A stretch of DNA of 64,000 nucleotides from Lepidodermella squamata (GCA_047495785.1 JBLDXI010000002.1:310001-374000); one strand, 5' to 3'; shown: positions 1 to 14,126, counted from the stretch's first letter. The notes: generated from the sequence alone by a model not told the origin. Translations and numbers: made by a program.

Positions 1-3000
1 TTGTAACACATCCCGCCCCACGCTCGCCACAAAACAGGACAGATAGTCGCGGTGACCTGGCAACTGAACCTCAGAGATGTCGAGCAATCAGCCAACTTAG
101 CGTAACCATCGGCATATAATGCAACACATTTACCCAAAGCAACACTAGGCGTGTAACCAGGTGCCCATTGAACATAAGTCGTCGCCAACGAAACTAAATC
201 AAACGTAAAACCTGTCCAGATCGGCTTCGAGCTATCGTTCCAAGCGGAATTTTCTAGCAAAAATTGAACTGCTTGTTGCCACTCATCTTGACTGCGTGGA
301 GCTACCAGTTGACCGCCGAAATTAGCTATGCAGCTACCATTCGACGAGGCAGCATTTTGAGGGCCACTTAGATCCGAAATGCAACGGCCATTTTTAAGCT
401 TCAGCGTTTGGTTCAGGATGTAATTATCGCAATTTCCACCGTAAGTTGGCTCGACCTGCGGTTTTAGCTCGCAAACGTAAGGCAATCTATTCGAACTATC
501 TATCACATTCCAAACGCCGTTTGAAGAAAGCATTGCAGCGCCACTTATAGCTGGTTTCGATAATGGGGTTTGGATCATGCCCCAGTTTGAGAAGGTGGAA
601 ATCGGGCCAGATCCATCCAACCAGAGCCAATCGTTTCTCTCACCCCCTGCAATGAGACCGACCCAAGCTGAGGTTAGGCCGAGAGATGAAAGCTGATCTC
701 GGATAAAATTGTTCTCCTCCATGCTTGCAATTGCCACTAAATTGCCACCAAAATTCTGCCGGCAGTTTCGCGCTGCAACATCCATGGATTCGATTTGAGC
801 GATAACTTTATAACAAACTCCATTTCTCAGAGTCATGCCGTTAGGACAATTCGTAAAGGCTGGGGTCACTTCTGTTAGCAGGCGTCTACTCGCAATCCTG
901 GAGAAGTATTTACTAGGCCTAGACTCTGATAGGATGGGCCTTTCGCACAATATACCGGCACTCGCATTATTTGGTTCCACCGTTGCTGTTTTTAGATCGA
1001 ATGTGTATAGACGGCCAACTGGTGCGTTGTCTCTATCCGGTTTGAAAACATTTGCATACCAATCCGTCTGCATTCTGTAGCCATTAGCGCCCAACAAAGC
1101 TTGGATGTAGTACTTGTTAGCGTTAGACGATGTTTGATTGAGGACACTGGCTAATTTAGCGTAGTCTGACGCGCGGCCTTTCGGGCTGAACAGGATGCTG
1201 TTGTAGTATTTGCACGTTCTGATCGCTTGAGCCCATGTTCCTACAGAATTAGGAAAAGCTCGATAACAGCTGCTGCCATAGGGTGTCCAAAGTTCCCCAT
1301 CAGGCCCACACAACTTAAAATCTGAAAAAGAAAATAACATATGTGCAGCGTTTTACATGTTCCGGGGCTGCAATCGTAAATTTATAAACTAGCTAAATAT
1401 TTTATAACTAGGAAAAATCCTTGAAGTCTTACTTGAAGCCGCTTGCTGGCATATAAAAGGTGATTCAAAATTGCAGTCATATGGTACTGGCGCTCCTCCC
1501 TTATACATGGCCGCACATTGCTGCTGCGAGGGTCGAAGAGTGCCAAGGAATGAGAACAAATCTCCGTTTCCAGTCAGTCCAGTGTAGAAGCCTTGGCGAT
1601 TTCTTAGAGAGGTCAGGCCGACCCAGACAAAGCTAAGCGAAGCCGGGAATGTGGACGCCAAGTGAGTTATGTTGAGACTACCAATATATTGAGCACTGGC
1701 GAGAGTTCCGCCTAGCGAGGCACAGTGGTACTCAGCATCACCGAAAGTCTTGTTGACATTCACGAACAGCAGACAGACACCAGCATTGCTTATTAGGGTC
1801 CATCCCGGTTGGCATGATCCATTTGTAGCAACAATATTGTCCATATCAAGGGAAACAGGCGTCTTTCCACCACCAAAGTCTAATGTCCAATTTGAGGTCA
1901 AATCTGCGATTGAAACAGTGTTAACAACCATTATTGAAAATATTGATCCGATATACCTTGAGAAGGAAAGCCAGCGTAGGAAATCACTTCTATCGCAACC
2001 GAGGTGCTATACAGCATAGCTGGCGGGTTTGAGAAACGGACATCCACATCTCCAATAGCATTGTAAACAGGGATGTAGTACTAAATATCAATGACTAATG
2101 TCATTCTTATGATCTTAAACGTGTTTTACCGTGAAATTTGTGTTGTTCCTGTCATTATAGGCTCGAAGTATCATCGTATAGTTCCCTGCATCTGGGAACA
2201 CCCTCGATATCGTTACGTAGCTATCCGAACTCGACCAGTTGATCGGCTTCAATATGGCTAACAAATCACCCCATCCGACTTCGTACTTGCAAGAGCAATC
2301 GTATGTTCGAGTCAAATTGAACTGAGCCATGGTTTGCGAGTAGAGTTTACCCGTTATCACTACACTCGGCCTCGGACAGCCCGATTGAATCGTAACAATT
2401 TGCGAAACAGTCAACACATTTATCGGCCAATTCGAGTCAACAGTCGTAGCCGTGAAAGGAACATCGCCACACGACGTCTGCCAAATAATGTTCATCGCAA
2501 ATGTTGTTGAATCCACCGTTATAGCTCGAACCAAGGGGACATGTTGCCGTTTGATAGTACTTGTAGCTGAAATGGTCGAATTGACAACGGGGAGGCCAGA
2601 GATCGAGTAACTTGGGACGTTCGTGACATTAGCTTGTCTGGGAAGTCCGATGCCAGTTCCGTTAGTTGGTAACGAAATTGCCATGATTGTTCCGATTGGA
2701 TATTCCCTAACCGCCTCTGGTGGCAAATAGTAAATGCGACGTCCCTGGCCGAGTAGGATGAAATCATGCTTCATCTCAACTTTGTAATCAACCGGCGAAT
2801 TCGCAGCGTTGTAGTAGTTCCAAATCGCAGGTGTCCAGGAGTTATTGGCTGTTTTCGCGCAGCAACCTTTACCCCACTCGCAGCGGAAGAACCCTGTTGG
2901 ACACTTGAAGCTGAACAAAGAGGCTCTTTGGAGCTTACACGGCAGTGAAGTCGATAAGCATGTGTAAGCTTGCATGCAAAAGGCTGTTCCGGTTGGACAG

Positions 3001-6000
3001 ATGGGTGTTAAGAAAAATACACTGAAAGATCCGCCTTTTTCGCAGCTAATAAGAAAAATCAAATGAAACTCAGAAAAATGCCTATGTACCCGCCTTACTT
3101 TATTTCGATTGCATAGACAGATGTTGATTTATCGAAGGGATAATTCACTGACATTGAAAGGGATGGGACGTAATTCGGGTAAGATACAGAATTGTTCGAT
3201 TCGATAATTCCATATTGACGCCTCGTAGCTAGAAAAAAATTACTTCATGACGATCCTAATAATGCCCTAACTTACCTATAACATTGGTTGCGTAATTTCT
3301 TTGACCTTGACCCGCTGCGCCGTAAGTTGTATTTATCGTGAAATTTGAGCCTCCCACAACTCGTACAAAGCATCTGATAAGAGTCGCGGCTGGTGCAGCT
3401 GTGGGACAGTCTTCAAAGTAAATATTCCGAGTTCTGGTTTCAAGTTGAAAATCTTTGAATATCGAAGTCTCCCCTCCCTCAGGGTTGAGTGATACGACAG
3501 TGAGTCGCTGATTTCCAACAAATTTCGGTGCGTAAAACGAGTCTCCTACGACTGGAATCGGTCCATCGATCAATTTAGGAACGGGTGAGAAGCCGAGTTG
3601 GTATACAAATAACTGGGAATTCGGCCTTCCAACGGACCAGAAAGGGAAGGTGAAAGGGCCGAAATTTTTTACGCCACCCTTGAAGGCAGTATCAGTAGTA
3701 ACTTGGAGGTTAAATCTGAAACAGTTAGGAAAATTCGGCCCAGTTGAAGTGATCCTCATAAATCTATCTGAATGTATTCCGTCAGTGAATAGGAATGTGA
3801 TTCTCGTATTCGTAGTATCCATCAGTGGTAAAATGATGCCGTACTTTGCAACGGGAGCAGTAATATTTGTTAGCACACCATTCACGCCAAAGAAGTACGA
3901 GGCCTTCGTCCAGGTGTAAGTTGTGAAGCCCGGGTCACCCGTAGTTCCCGATAGACGGAAATTATTGCCGCATAGGTTGTTCTGTGGTACGCACTCAAGT
4001 GTAGCGCTTTTGACTGTAACCATATCAGAATAATCAAGTTGGACATAGTCACTTGGCGTATTAAGGCACACGAAATTCGACGACCCAATGACTGCTAGGT
4101 GGGGATTGACCAACCCAGGGGAGCCAGTTATAGCCTGAGGAGTGATGCCGAATAGCGATGCATTTAGCACATAAGGTGAGTAATCCGATGGTAAACGGCA
4201 TGCGAAAGTTTTCAGCTCATTGCAAGACGTAGCCCTCCACTGAAAGGCCGATCTAGCATCAGCGTATACGCAGGGTGCCTGCATATCGGTGCTGTTCAGG
4301 TTTTGATCGATTGCAAGGTTATTCGTCGCACCAGGGCTACTGCCGCTGAAAGCGAACACGTCGGGAGCGGTAAACTTTGCATTGATCCAAATAGAGGACA
4401 GGCCATCACTTGTTTTAAGCATAGCTTCTCGACTGGAGGACCCACTCCCTTGAAACAAAGACCCTCCGGACACTAGATTCGTGCAGTATCGCGAGGCATC
4501 GGCGAAATTCATAGGAATTTTGACGTATAAAATGCAATATGAGCCGAGATAAACAGCAGGCGGCGAGCAACCTACAGCGAGATTAGGACTGTTCGAGTAA
4601 ACAGCAAGAAGTTACCTAAAATTTGAGGTGCTGGAGCTTCGCATAAAGCTTGAGCTGTTCCGCCTTGAACTACGTTCCACGAAGAAGAACCTGGCACAGT
4701 ATAACCCTGTACTGGATTCTGTTCACTACCGATCAAGTTGCTCCGAAACCTGTGTTAGACTCTTATTGAATGAATATGAATCTTCAGTGAATTTAACTTG
4801 TAAAACGAGGAGTGAAGTTGTCCATCCTCCCTATTGCACAGCCCCATAAGAGCATTCGTTGTAGTACCCCTACATCCGATCCATACGCGGCTGTGATTAC
4901 AAAACTCCAAAAACCTTTAATTATATCTTAATTTATCCATTACCTAGCATTCAACGAGTCGATCAAGGAATTCTCAGTCTCGTCATTCGGGTAGAAAAGG
5001 GTTGAGATGGAGTATGTTGCAGCGCAGTAGTTCTTCGCTTCATCGTACCCTGTCAGATCGGGACCCATCAATCGGTAGCATCTCGTGTAGAAAGGCGCAA
5101 TTGATGTGTAGCCAGGAGGACAGGCTTCAACGGGAAAGAGAGCAATATTGCGATAACCGAATCGAGAAATAATACTCACCTAAATTGCCTGAGTAGGGCC
5201 AGAAACCGATCGAGGTTTCATTAGTTCTTGACATGCTTGACTTGTACAAAGCTATAAGCCCACTTCCTTTCGGACCGCCGCCTAGATCGTTCGAATTTGC
5301 CGGGACTTTCATATTGCAATAACTGTTCTGAACCAGGTAAAACATTGCGTACAGGTTATCGTAACACCGGCAGTAGTAACCGCCCTCGAGACCGGCAAAT
5401 TTCTTGCCGGAATTCTTGCAAAACCACCGACATTTGCTTGCAGACATTGACCGTCGGTCCGCGATTACATAACGCGGGATAGCCTGGTAGGATATGTTGT
5501 AGCAACCAATGTAGTCGGGATGATTGCACCATTTCAAGGCCATGGTTTGCTCGTAAGGGGTCAGAGCTCGATCATAGAATTGCAGACACGACATTGAGCC
5601 GATGAAGTTGTAGTTGTTATCAGAAAATCCGGCTTACATTCGAAAAAATGCTTTAAAACTGTGAATTCTTGGTAAAATACCTACCTGGAGCATCTGCCGC
5701 TGTTCCGATGGTTAAATGTCCCTTGCTTGCCGGGAAATTTACGCCGTCACTGGTTCTTCGCTCCCCAACAACAGCGTTTACAAACCCATCAAGCGACACA
5801 ATCGTCGAATCACTCCCGATTTCGTACAAAAACCCATGCGAATGCCACTGGCCTGTTTTGTAGTTGGAAATCATCACACCATGCATAGCTGCATTACTCG
5901 TGTCATTTTTCATGGGATAGAAAATTGTCCCGTTGACGTAGCTACTCATCAGCCCATTTTTCGAGGTGTAACCTAGGTGGTTCTGGAAATTGTTGAGCCC

Positions 6001-9000
6001 AGAATCGTGTTTGATTTGATATAGCCACGTCGCACTGCGTGATCGAGCTTGAAAATCGAAACCGGCATCGAAAGTTGTGTTTAGCAGATAGAACTGGTTT
6101 GAGCTCCCGGGAAACCTAATCGCGCCCTGTGGAAGTCGATTTGGGCCATCGGTGAATTGGATACCGTCGAAACGAGCATGTATGGGGATGCTGTCCGGGA
6201 CAGTGTTATCGCCCAAAGTTTGGGCTGACATTGCGAAAAGAGCCGCTGGTTTAACAGGGGCTGATAGTAAATGATCAATCGACCCATCCAGCATCCTATT
6301 ACAATCAGCCTTGATCGAAAATAAATCCACAATAACCTCGTTATGGATCGTAAAACCTGTTTTAAAGCAGAATAAATTGGAATTCAAAGAGCAGTTATCC
6401 TTTTTACATGAGATTCGTGTATCTCCGCTCGGAGTTGCCCAATTTCCGAGGTAGAAGTTGTCGTAAATCATCGGCGAGTTTGCATAAGCGTTACCATTAG
6501 AGCTTGGAGCTGTTGCATTGCATAATGACTCGCCTTCAATAAACAGAGAAGCAGCCAGGTATTTGTTTCCGGAGACAGTGACCGTGTACATCGTCGCAGA
6601 CAGAAAATACCATTTCAAAGGATCAAATTTCGACCTTTTGAAATTCTCAAAAATCATCTTAAATAATCGGTAAATTAACTTACGGGATCTGACAGCTTGA
6701 GGTTACGTGGGGTCCACTAATGCCAACAGGAGTCCCAAAAGAGAAAAATACGAGATTTCCCTGAGATTTCAGGTATACGTTTCCAGTATTCTTCAGATAC
6801 GTGAACTCGTCGTTCGAATTTCTGTATAAAATAAGTGATAGAATATGTCTATGATCATACAATTCTTACTGATAGAAGAAGTAAAATGCTATCGTCAGTC
6901 CCAAATCACTGACCATCATTCGATTCATGTTGAGGAAAGTCATTTTGTAGTCAGGGTTGCTGACAGAGCAGCTTGACTGAAATGGAATAAATCTAAATTT
7001 AGAAATCATGAGAACAAAAATCCCACTGTATTGTAAGTTCGTTCCAGGACTCGCCCAGCTATGTTCGCTCCAACGGATACCGCCATTCCTTTTCGACCTC
7101 CAGGTCCCGGTACCCATTGAACGAGTGAGTTCGAATTCGAGCCGTAAGTCATCTTTAATACGACTTAATGTGAGGAGTGTAGAGATGATTTCGACTTCAA
7201 AGCTTACGGATAAGTGAATATTATGCCCGCTGACATCAAAAGACAATGATTTGTAATTAAGAGGCCAAAAGCCCACAAGACTAGTCGGATTCGAGAAAAC
7301 GTTTGTATCTATAAATAATTAAAATTTTCGGATGTAAGAAATTGTTTCCAATAACAAGTTACATTTTCCGTAGTAGAGATCCAGCGAGTCGTTGCACATT
7401 TTCTGAAGTTGCGGGAACTCCCAGTCAGGAACTGCGTAGTCATAAATCATGAAGCAGCTAAGAGCCCCATCGAAAGTCTAAACAATGCGAATTGATTTAA
7501 ATTATTTCGGAATTTTGATTTTGACTCACCGTGCCATTTGCAGATCCAAGTTGAAGCCAGCCGGTTGTAGTGACGGTTCGAGAGTCCAATGTTTTCGTAG
7601 CCAAAACACCGTCGACGTAGAGCTTTACAAGGTTATATCGAGTATCATATTCGACAACAATCCACAGCCATCGGTTAATGAACTGGAACTGGCTTTTGGC
7701 TTTAGCTTGAACAGATAGAATGGGATCAGGGCCAACAAATAGTCGGAACTCGAAAGTATCGACATCTGTCATGATTAAACCAGTAGTTTGTAGCTTTGAA
7801 CAAAATCTGTTTAAAAGTGTTGTCAGTCATCAGCTCAAATCTTACATCAGGTGCGTAAGGTAAGATGTGAGAGAATATTCCGCGCTGTGCTGTGACCTGT
7901 TGATCATAGGTTGAAGTGACGAACGCCCAGAAAGCATATGTGACAGAGTCATTCGATCCCAGGGTATACGCGTAATCTGGGTATTTAAATTCAACTCTGC
8001 TCGCTATAGAGTCGGAGTAGAATCTTGTCGCTGAAAATGGTATGCGGGTTGGACCGCTACGAGATGCACTTGAAATTGTCCAACCATCCAGTTTTCTGCC
8101 TGAAATGTCCTTTCCGCCTTAACGAAAGACGAATGCTTTACAATAAGTTCAAGTTGTGAGCAAACATACCAATATCTCGCCCTAGTGGCCAAAATGCTCG
8201 AAGCGACAGTGGTTTGTATAACAAGCCCCTTGGACCGCCTTTGAGCGATGTTCGATTGCTCAATCCAGAATATAGCGCGCTTTGGGTTGGCATAGATCCC
8301 GATTGGGTAACTAGAAAACCAATCATTTGACCGTTTAAAAACGATCGCGGAGCTTTAGAGCTGAAGTTTGGGCCAAATGGTGAATTGAGAACTGAGTAGC
8401 CTATGCGAATTCCATAGTTGGTAGATATCACAGAAGTTGAAACTGAACCAGGGGTGAAAACCACGCTACCGCTCGCTAACTGTCCACAAGACCAACCTCC
8501 GCCGAACTGGAACACTATTCTCCAAGTTATTTTCTTGCTCGCATTACCAACGATGTTGCAATCCTTGAATACATAAGTTTGAAATGACCCGTTGGACAGC
8601 TGCGTTGTCATAGCGAATGAGTCGTTTTTGGCATAACGCCAAAAGCTTATTCCTGACGACTTGTCCTTCGCAATGAATTCCAAAAAGGGGCCATCAGTTT
8701 CCTTCGTGATTTGAAAATTTATCTTCCACGAACTGATACCCGTTCTAGCCAAAACAGTTGCCTCGTCAAGAGCCCCTACGGTTAGACCGAACGTTCCGTC
8801 CCAGTTTAGAACCGGCCTTCTATACCAGCTGCTATAGACGTATGATAGATTTTCGTAAGGGATTGTAGGTACTGTAGTTAGTCTCTTCCCGCTCGCCTCT
8901 TGAATTCCGTAGTAGTCGGTCAGAGGCCAGTATGATCCGATAATTGTGAAGTCATTCGCTGGCAAGTACCGGGTAGTTTCTTCCTCATGAGCCCAAAGTT

Positions 9001-11063
9001 CCCTGTTAGTTACATTGAAGAAGTTTTCCACCTCCCATTCATAGTGGGAATCAGCTGTGGCCGCTTTATTGATGACGAACCCTGAAATCTCGTTCAGCGT
9101 ATTGTCAACTGATCCGTCAAGCTGGCCAAGAATGAGACCTTGCCTGATTCCTAGTTTCATCACGTCAATATTAACTGTCTGATTGAAGCAAGTTCCGCCA
9201 AGACGATTGTTCTTAACTACCAAGCGATCTTTGCTAAGGAAGATTGAGATAACTTGCCACCTGCCAACAAGTTGGCAACCAGTAAGCGTAGTTAAGCTTC
9301 GAGGTGTAGATTCGTTTTCGTAACGCAGACCAAGAAACAGCTCGTTGTTGCCGTATAAATGAACGCCTCGGCGATTACCAGGTGACGATCCATTCGTCAT
9401 GGTATTCACGATGTGGCAGAAAACCGGAGCATTCTATCAAAGAAAATGAGATGATACAACCTAAAGGTGAGTTATCCACATACGAGTGTTGATTGAATAT
9501 ATAACCAGAAAGACCAGGAAATTGTGCTGTCTGGTGTCAATCCAGCCGTAAACTTTGAATCGTAATTTCCGTCAAAATTTAAAAAGCTGACGCTTGAATT
9601 AGAACCAGAGACGAATTTGACACTAGTTCCAAGTAGTGAGCCGGATGGGCCACTGCCACGATTCGTAAGTTGGAAACGAACTGCCCCGGTGATCAGCGAC
9701 TGTGGCTCGAAGGGAAGAATGCCCGGCTCGATATGAGTAAGATCGCGACCGGCGTAAGCCAACGTCAACGGCAGTGCGACGGCTTCGTACTTGTGGAACG
9801 TGCCGGTGACGTCAGTGGCGTGCAGCACGAATCGGCAATAGCTAGGCAACACGCTCGCACAGGGCACAGCGACGTAAGCTGCGGCGTCGGTATCAAACGC
9901 GCCGCAAGCATCAGTACTGCCTACTAACGAGCCTGCGGAAAATTAAAAATATGTGTGTTTAAATTAGTTGAAAATTGAAGGAAATAATCAGAGATCACAA
10001 TGCAATCAGGTGATGCAAACATTTCAAAGGCAGTACGATGGTTTGTCACAGTGTGCGAAGTAGGATCCGGGTGCAGAGATGTTTTCTAGGAAGTTTCTAG
10101 CACCTAGCCGAAGAAACCAAAGGGTCGCGACACCCCAGCAACCCTATACTTCGCACCATAGTTTATCAAATGAGGTTATTCACGCATAACTTTTCAGCTA
10201 CGTCCCCATGCAAAGCAAATCTCTATAGATATGCTTTTATAGATATGCCTTGTTGAACTGTTTATGATTCATTATCAGGATTTCAAATTTCTCCAATGAA
10301 GAATTGAAAGTGATGTGATCACATCGGAAAGTTTCAGGTTTCAGGATGGTTGAATTTAATAAATGAAGATTAAAAGAAGTTTCAGCTTTGAATCTCCAAG
10401 CTGAAACACAATCTCAAAGTACCACGTTGGCATCACGCTCAAAGTTTCATGTTCCAGTACGATAACCGATAGCAGTGATACATGTAGCAAAATCGAATGC
10501 TCACGCTTGAAAGGGGTAGTTCTTGGAACCTCTTAGTTAGCCCAGCGAATTGTAGGAGAACATATTTTCTCTTTTCTCGTTTGGGAATTTATATCTCTCT
10601 TCAAAGGTTCTTTTCATTCTTCTGATTTTTTCAAGCCTCGGCGAGCTAAGCCCGTCCAATAAGAGCAACATTGAGTTCAGTCTTACCGATAGAGTAGTAA
10701 GGTAAATAAGCGCCATCCGGTGTCAACCACTGACTTCCGTTCCACCTCCAGCCCATCCACTTCAACGGAGTATCCATTTCGAGGGCCGGTGGGGCTATGT
10801 TGTAGTGAACCGCCAACCGAGCCCCGGGAGCCAAAGCAGCGCATTTCGTATCGGCTGTAGCCCAATCCGCCTTCACTTTATTCACCGTGAAACAGGCCTT
10901 ATTGACCTCGATCCAGCCGTTAGGACAATAACCTGGAAAATTTACAATGAAGGAAATGGCTAGGCATTACTTAATGACAGGGCTCACGATATGATGCAGC
11001 ATTTCCAACCAAAATATAAAGTAACAACTGTAATCTCAGCAGGAAAGAAGCTCCAGGCTTCAT
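1..11063 (-). CDS. Giant multi-exon secreted/cell-surface protein (signal peptide, at least 8 C-type lectin domains, ~5 LamG/concanavalin-like repeats, WSC, PKD); polycystin-1-like lectin receptor; 3' end lies outside the window
   Basis: ATG at 11063 gives MKPGASFLLRLQLLLYILVGNAASY (signal peptide). A GT-AG intron joins it to RYCPNGWIEVNKACF...WMGW...CGAF...C...LPSYC (CTL). LamG-like repeats start GSYWPLT/AFWPL/GFWPLN (8940-7270). WSC domain YIGCY...KCRWFCKNSGKKFAGLEGGYYCRC (5127-5594). PKD motif EVGWGD...RVFPDAGNYTMILRAYN (2115-2300). Further CTL domains at ~5150, 4570, 1810, 1310, 850, 430 and 30. The minus-strand frame from ~1320 to 1 is open and runs off the window. Confidence 0.85.
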
Positions 11064-11571
11064 TCTTTCAGTAAGTCGGACCATTACTAAATAATACCTG
11101 TGTTTAATGCCAGCTTACACAAGAAAACGAATCACTGCTTCGACCACGCATTTATCTGCGTTTATTCTATTTTTGTACTGGCTACGTCCGTTAAAAAGCT
11201 ATACGTTGAAAAGTAATAATCGATTTCGGCCCAGCCAATAAAACGCGTGGTGGAACTGCGTCAAGAAAATGATCTTCGCCGTTTATTTGAATTTTTAATT
11301 AACCGCACGATGCAGAATCCACAGTTACGGCAAGGTAGGGCTGCCCGGCCAAGGCTTTGAGCGGCAGTTTTTCTGTGCGTGAATTATCGAGCTAGCCGAG
11401 GAAAATCGATTCTCCACGGTCTAGGTGCATTGCGAAGCTTCACAAAGAAAAGGTTGAATTTTGCGCTGCGAAATCTCCCCCAACGAAATGTTCATCGATT
11501 CAGTCGAATGAAATTTCTAAATTATTGCATAAAATTAAACAAATTCTGTCAGTTTGCCGTGAAGCTTTATT

Positions 11572-12594
11572 CTACACCGCGTATTCCTGAAATTTAGAGT
11601 TATCATTTACTCGAAGGTAGGAATCAATGAATGACTTTTTTTCTGAAGGAATAGGCCTGAAGTATTTTACGATGAAGTTGTCAATATTCTGTGCCATAAC
11701 GTCAAGCGCATCGTGATCTAATTCAACCGCTGAACTAATCCTTGCCACCAAAGGATCCTTTGATAAGCGACCCTCCACTGAGGTTGTTACATCTTCCTTC
11801 TTCATACGATCCAAACGTTCCATCCGATCGTCCCTCGTCTCACGGTTTGGATGTTTTGTGAACAATTTGACACTTAGGGCTGTCAGAGTTGCTCCGAAAA
11901 GCACTGCGACGAAGAGATACGCAGCAGCCATCATCATGTTTGGTTTTTTCCGAGCAGGGCCGGGTTCCAATTGCAGTTGTTGTGCTCGAGAGGTCTCAGA
12001 CCGAGGCTGGCCGCTGTCGCTTAACTGGAAGCCCCCGGCAGGGTTCCCAACGGACGAGGATTGTTTGCTGCTGCTACTACTACTGCTGCTGCTGCTCGAG
12101 GACTTTTTAGATGGGTCGAATTTATCGCTCCAGTCAGGTTCCTCCGGAACTTCAGCTCCAGTATTCGAGCCCTGATCAGACAATGTTGGTTCAGGGTCAG
12201 TATTACCCCATACAGGATTGGTAACTTCAGTTTCGCCCCAGTTGTTTATGTAACCCTGGCTGCGAGACAGGCTGCCCCAAGGCCGGCGCACGTTGTAACC
12301 CATCGCACTCATCGCAAGACTGATGTCGCTGCTGGAACTTTTCGCCCTCGCATCGTTGTCAAGCGCAAAGCCTCGAAATACGGAATCGTAGAGGCCAGGC
12401 TTGTTGAGATCACTCGGTTCACTGTTGACTCTTCTCAGCGGAGCGGCAGCAGCCTTGACCCTGGCTGGGCCTTGAAATAACTGAGACGCAGATTTCTGAA
12501 TTTGACGGGGAAGTCGGCCAATCACAGCGCTGCAATATATCTCATCACAGAGTAGAGCGCTCGATAATAGAATGGGAAATATTTTGACACACGT
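11572..12594 (-). CDS. Orphan type I membrane protein (family member 1); ACG stands at the expected start codon
   Basis: Signal-peptide-like CVKIFPILLSSALLCDEIYC, Ser-rich ectodomain, TM AAYLFVAVLFGATLTALSV. Shares RGFALDNDA and a cytoplasmic module with 18405..19391. Confidence 0.7.
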   Translation of the reverse strand, partial: TCVKIFPILLSSALLCDEIYCSAVIGRLPRQIQKSASQLFQGPARVKAAAAPLRRVNSEPSDLNKPGLYDSVFRGFALDNDARAKSSSSDISLAMSAMGYNVRRPWGSLSRSQGYINNWGETEVTNPVWGNTDPEPTLSDQGSNTGAEVPEEPDWSDKFDPSKKSSSSSSSSSSSSKQSSSVGNPAGGFQLSDSGQPRSETSRAQQLQLEPGPARKKPNMMMAAAYLFVAVLFGATLTALSVKLFTKHPNRETRDDRMERLDRMKKEDVTTSVEGRLSKDPLVARISSAVELDHDALDVMAQNIDNFIVKYFRPIPSEKKSFIDSYLRVNDNSKFQEYAV

Positions 12595-12967
12595 GTTTCT
12601 TGTTTTGTCATTGCTCTCTTTCACGGCAATTTAAATGCCTACAAAAGTCATTACATTTTAAGATTGCTTTTTCAAAAAGTTTATGATGAAACATTTTTGC
12701 GACTTGAAAATACATGTTGAACATTCGATTCTTCGGTTAGGGCTGAAGAACTGCCTGAAGCTCAGTGATTTACCACGGCAGAAATTCTGACCATTGACCA
12801 TTTTTCTGGATACGAATGCTAGAGAAGTTACAGAGTTTACTATTTATTTCAATTCACGGATATTCGCTTGTGATAAATTATAGATACAAAAAGTCAATGT
12901 AAAGCTTCTGCCGCATGAAACCGTTGAAACATCGGCAGAAGTTGAAGCCAGAATTCCTCATCGCCAG

Positions 12968-13480
12968 CTAAATTTCGATTTCTTCATCGTTGAAACCTCC
13001 TTCATAACCTCCGTCCGAAGCCTCGTTTATCTCCATCAAAAATTCATCATTCAGCACAGATGAATCATCCGGAATAGGAAAAGAACTCAACATGGCTAGT
13101 GATGAGTCATGATCGTAGTCTCTGTTGCCCTTCATCAATGTTCGAAGTGATAAAATATCTTTCCCTGATTCAATCAAATCAATTTTTGAAAAGTCTTCTC
13201 TCGAATCAACCAAGCAGCCATCAGTGCTGCGGAATATTGAGTTCCCCGATTTTTTAGCCGGGGTGTTCGCAGTAGTGCAATATCGCCCGTACAAAATGAA
13301 GCTGGCAGCTACGACAGCTAAAGCGCAGAATAACCACAATGAGTTGAGGAATAAGCTCGGCTTCCTTTTTGGCTTATCGTGGTCCAAACTGATACCGCCA
13401 ATAGAGCTGCTTCGAGCGAGTAGTAGGCGTGATTTTTCAAGCTGATTTGAATCGTCCTTTGGGGATCGCAATTCGACCAT
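12968..13480 (-). CDS. Orphan single-pass membrane protein, possible short/divergent member of the same family
   Basis: 170-aa ORF with TM LFLNSLWLFCALAVVAASFILY and an acidic tail. Its DHD...P.P...D tail is weakly similar to the neighbours. No signal peptide seen. Confidence 0.55.
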   Translation of the reverse strand: MVELRSPKDDSNQLEKSRLLLARSSSIGGISLDHDKPKRKPSLFLNSLWLFCALAVVAASFILYGRYCTTANTPAKKSGNSIFRSTDGCLVDSREDFSKIDLIESGKDILSLRTLMKGNRDYDHDSSLAMLSSFPIPDDSSVLNDEFLMEINEASDGGYEGGFNDEEIEI

Positions 13481-14126
13481 GCTTACTCTTCTTTGAATCT
13501 TTCGGGGCTTGCAACTTGCAAAGCTACGATTCGGGTTGACAAGAGGTTTTGAAAGGCTGAGATACGCTATAGTTATAGGGTGGTATCAACCGTTTAACAG
13601 GTTTTGGGCAGAATATAAAGTACATAATTGAGTTGGATTTTTTTGACGTTATAAATGAACGCAACCGGGCTTTTATTCTGAAGTCACTATCAAGTCAATT
13701 TTACTATTTCAAAAAGACAATAGATTTGTAACTGTCGATACAATGGAAAATAAGATGAGAAAATAATAAATGTCGCTCAAGTTAATGATTAGCAATAAAA
13801 GTTTATTGATAATTAACTGGCATGCCACTAAATTTGTTATTCGATATTTGTTATTTGGCATCAATAATTAGTGATCGGTCAGTGATCAGTAATTATCGAT
13901 TTTACATTGCATTCCTTTTTCTCTAATAATCAATTAGTGCAAAACGTTAATAAAAGCAACAAGCAACACCCACTATTCAAGCCACGCAAAGCTAATAATC
14001 ACAACGTGAAACAGGTATTGGGACGACGGCAGGTCAAAGCCCGGAAAGCCCAGAAATTACTGCAACAGGGATAAGACGAGTTAAAAATCATTCTGCCTGC
14101 TTTCAGGCTGCTTATGTCAAGGAAAC

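Noticed and set aside
835-9927. Numerous short plus-strand ORFs over the giant lectin gene (and similar antisense ORFs elsewhere)
   Set aside because: Shadow ORFs opposite real exons, with no motifs or splice support.
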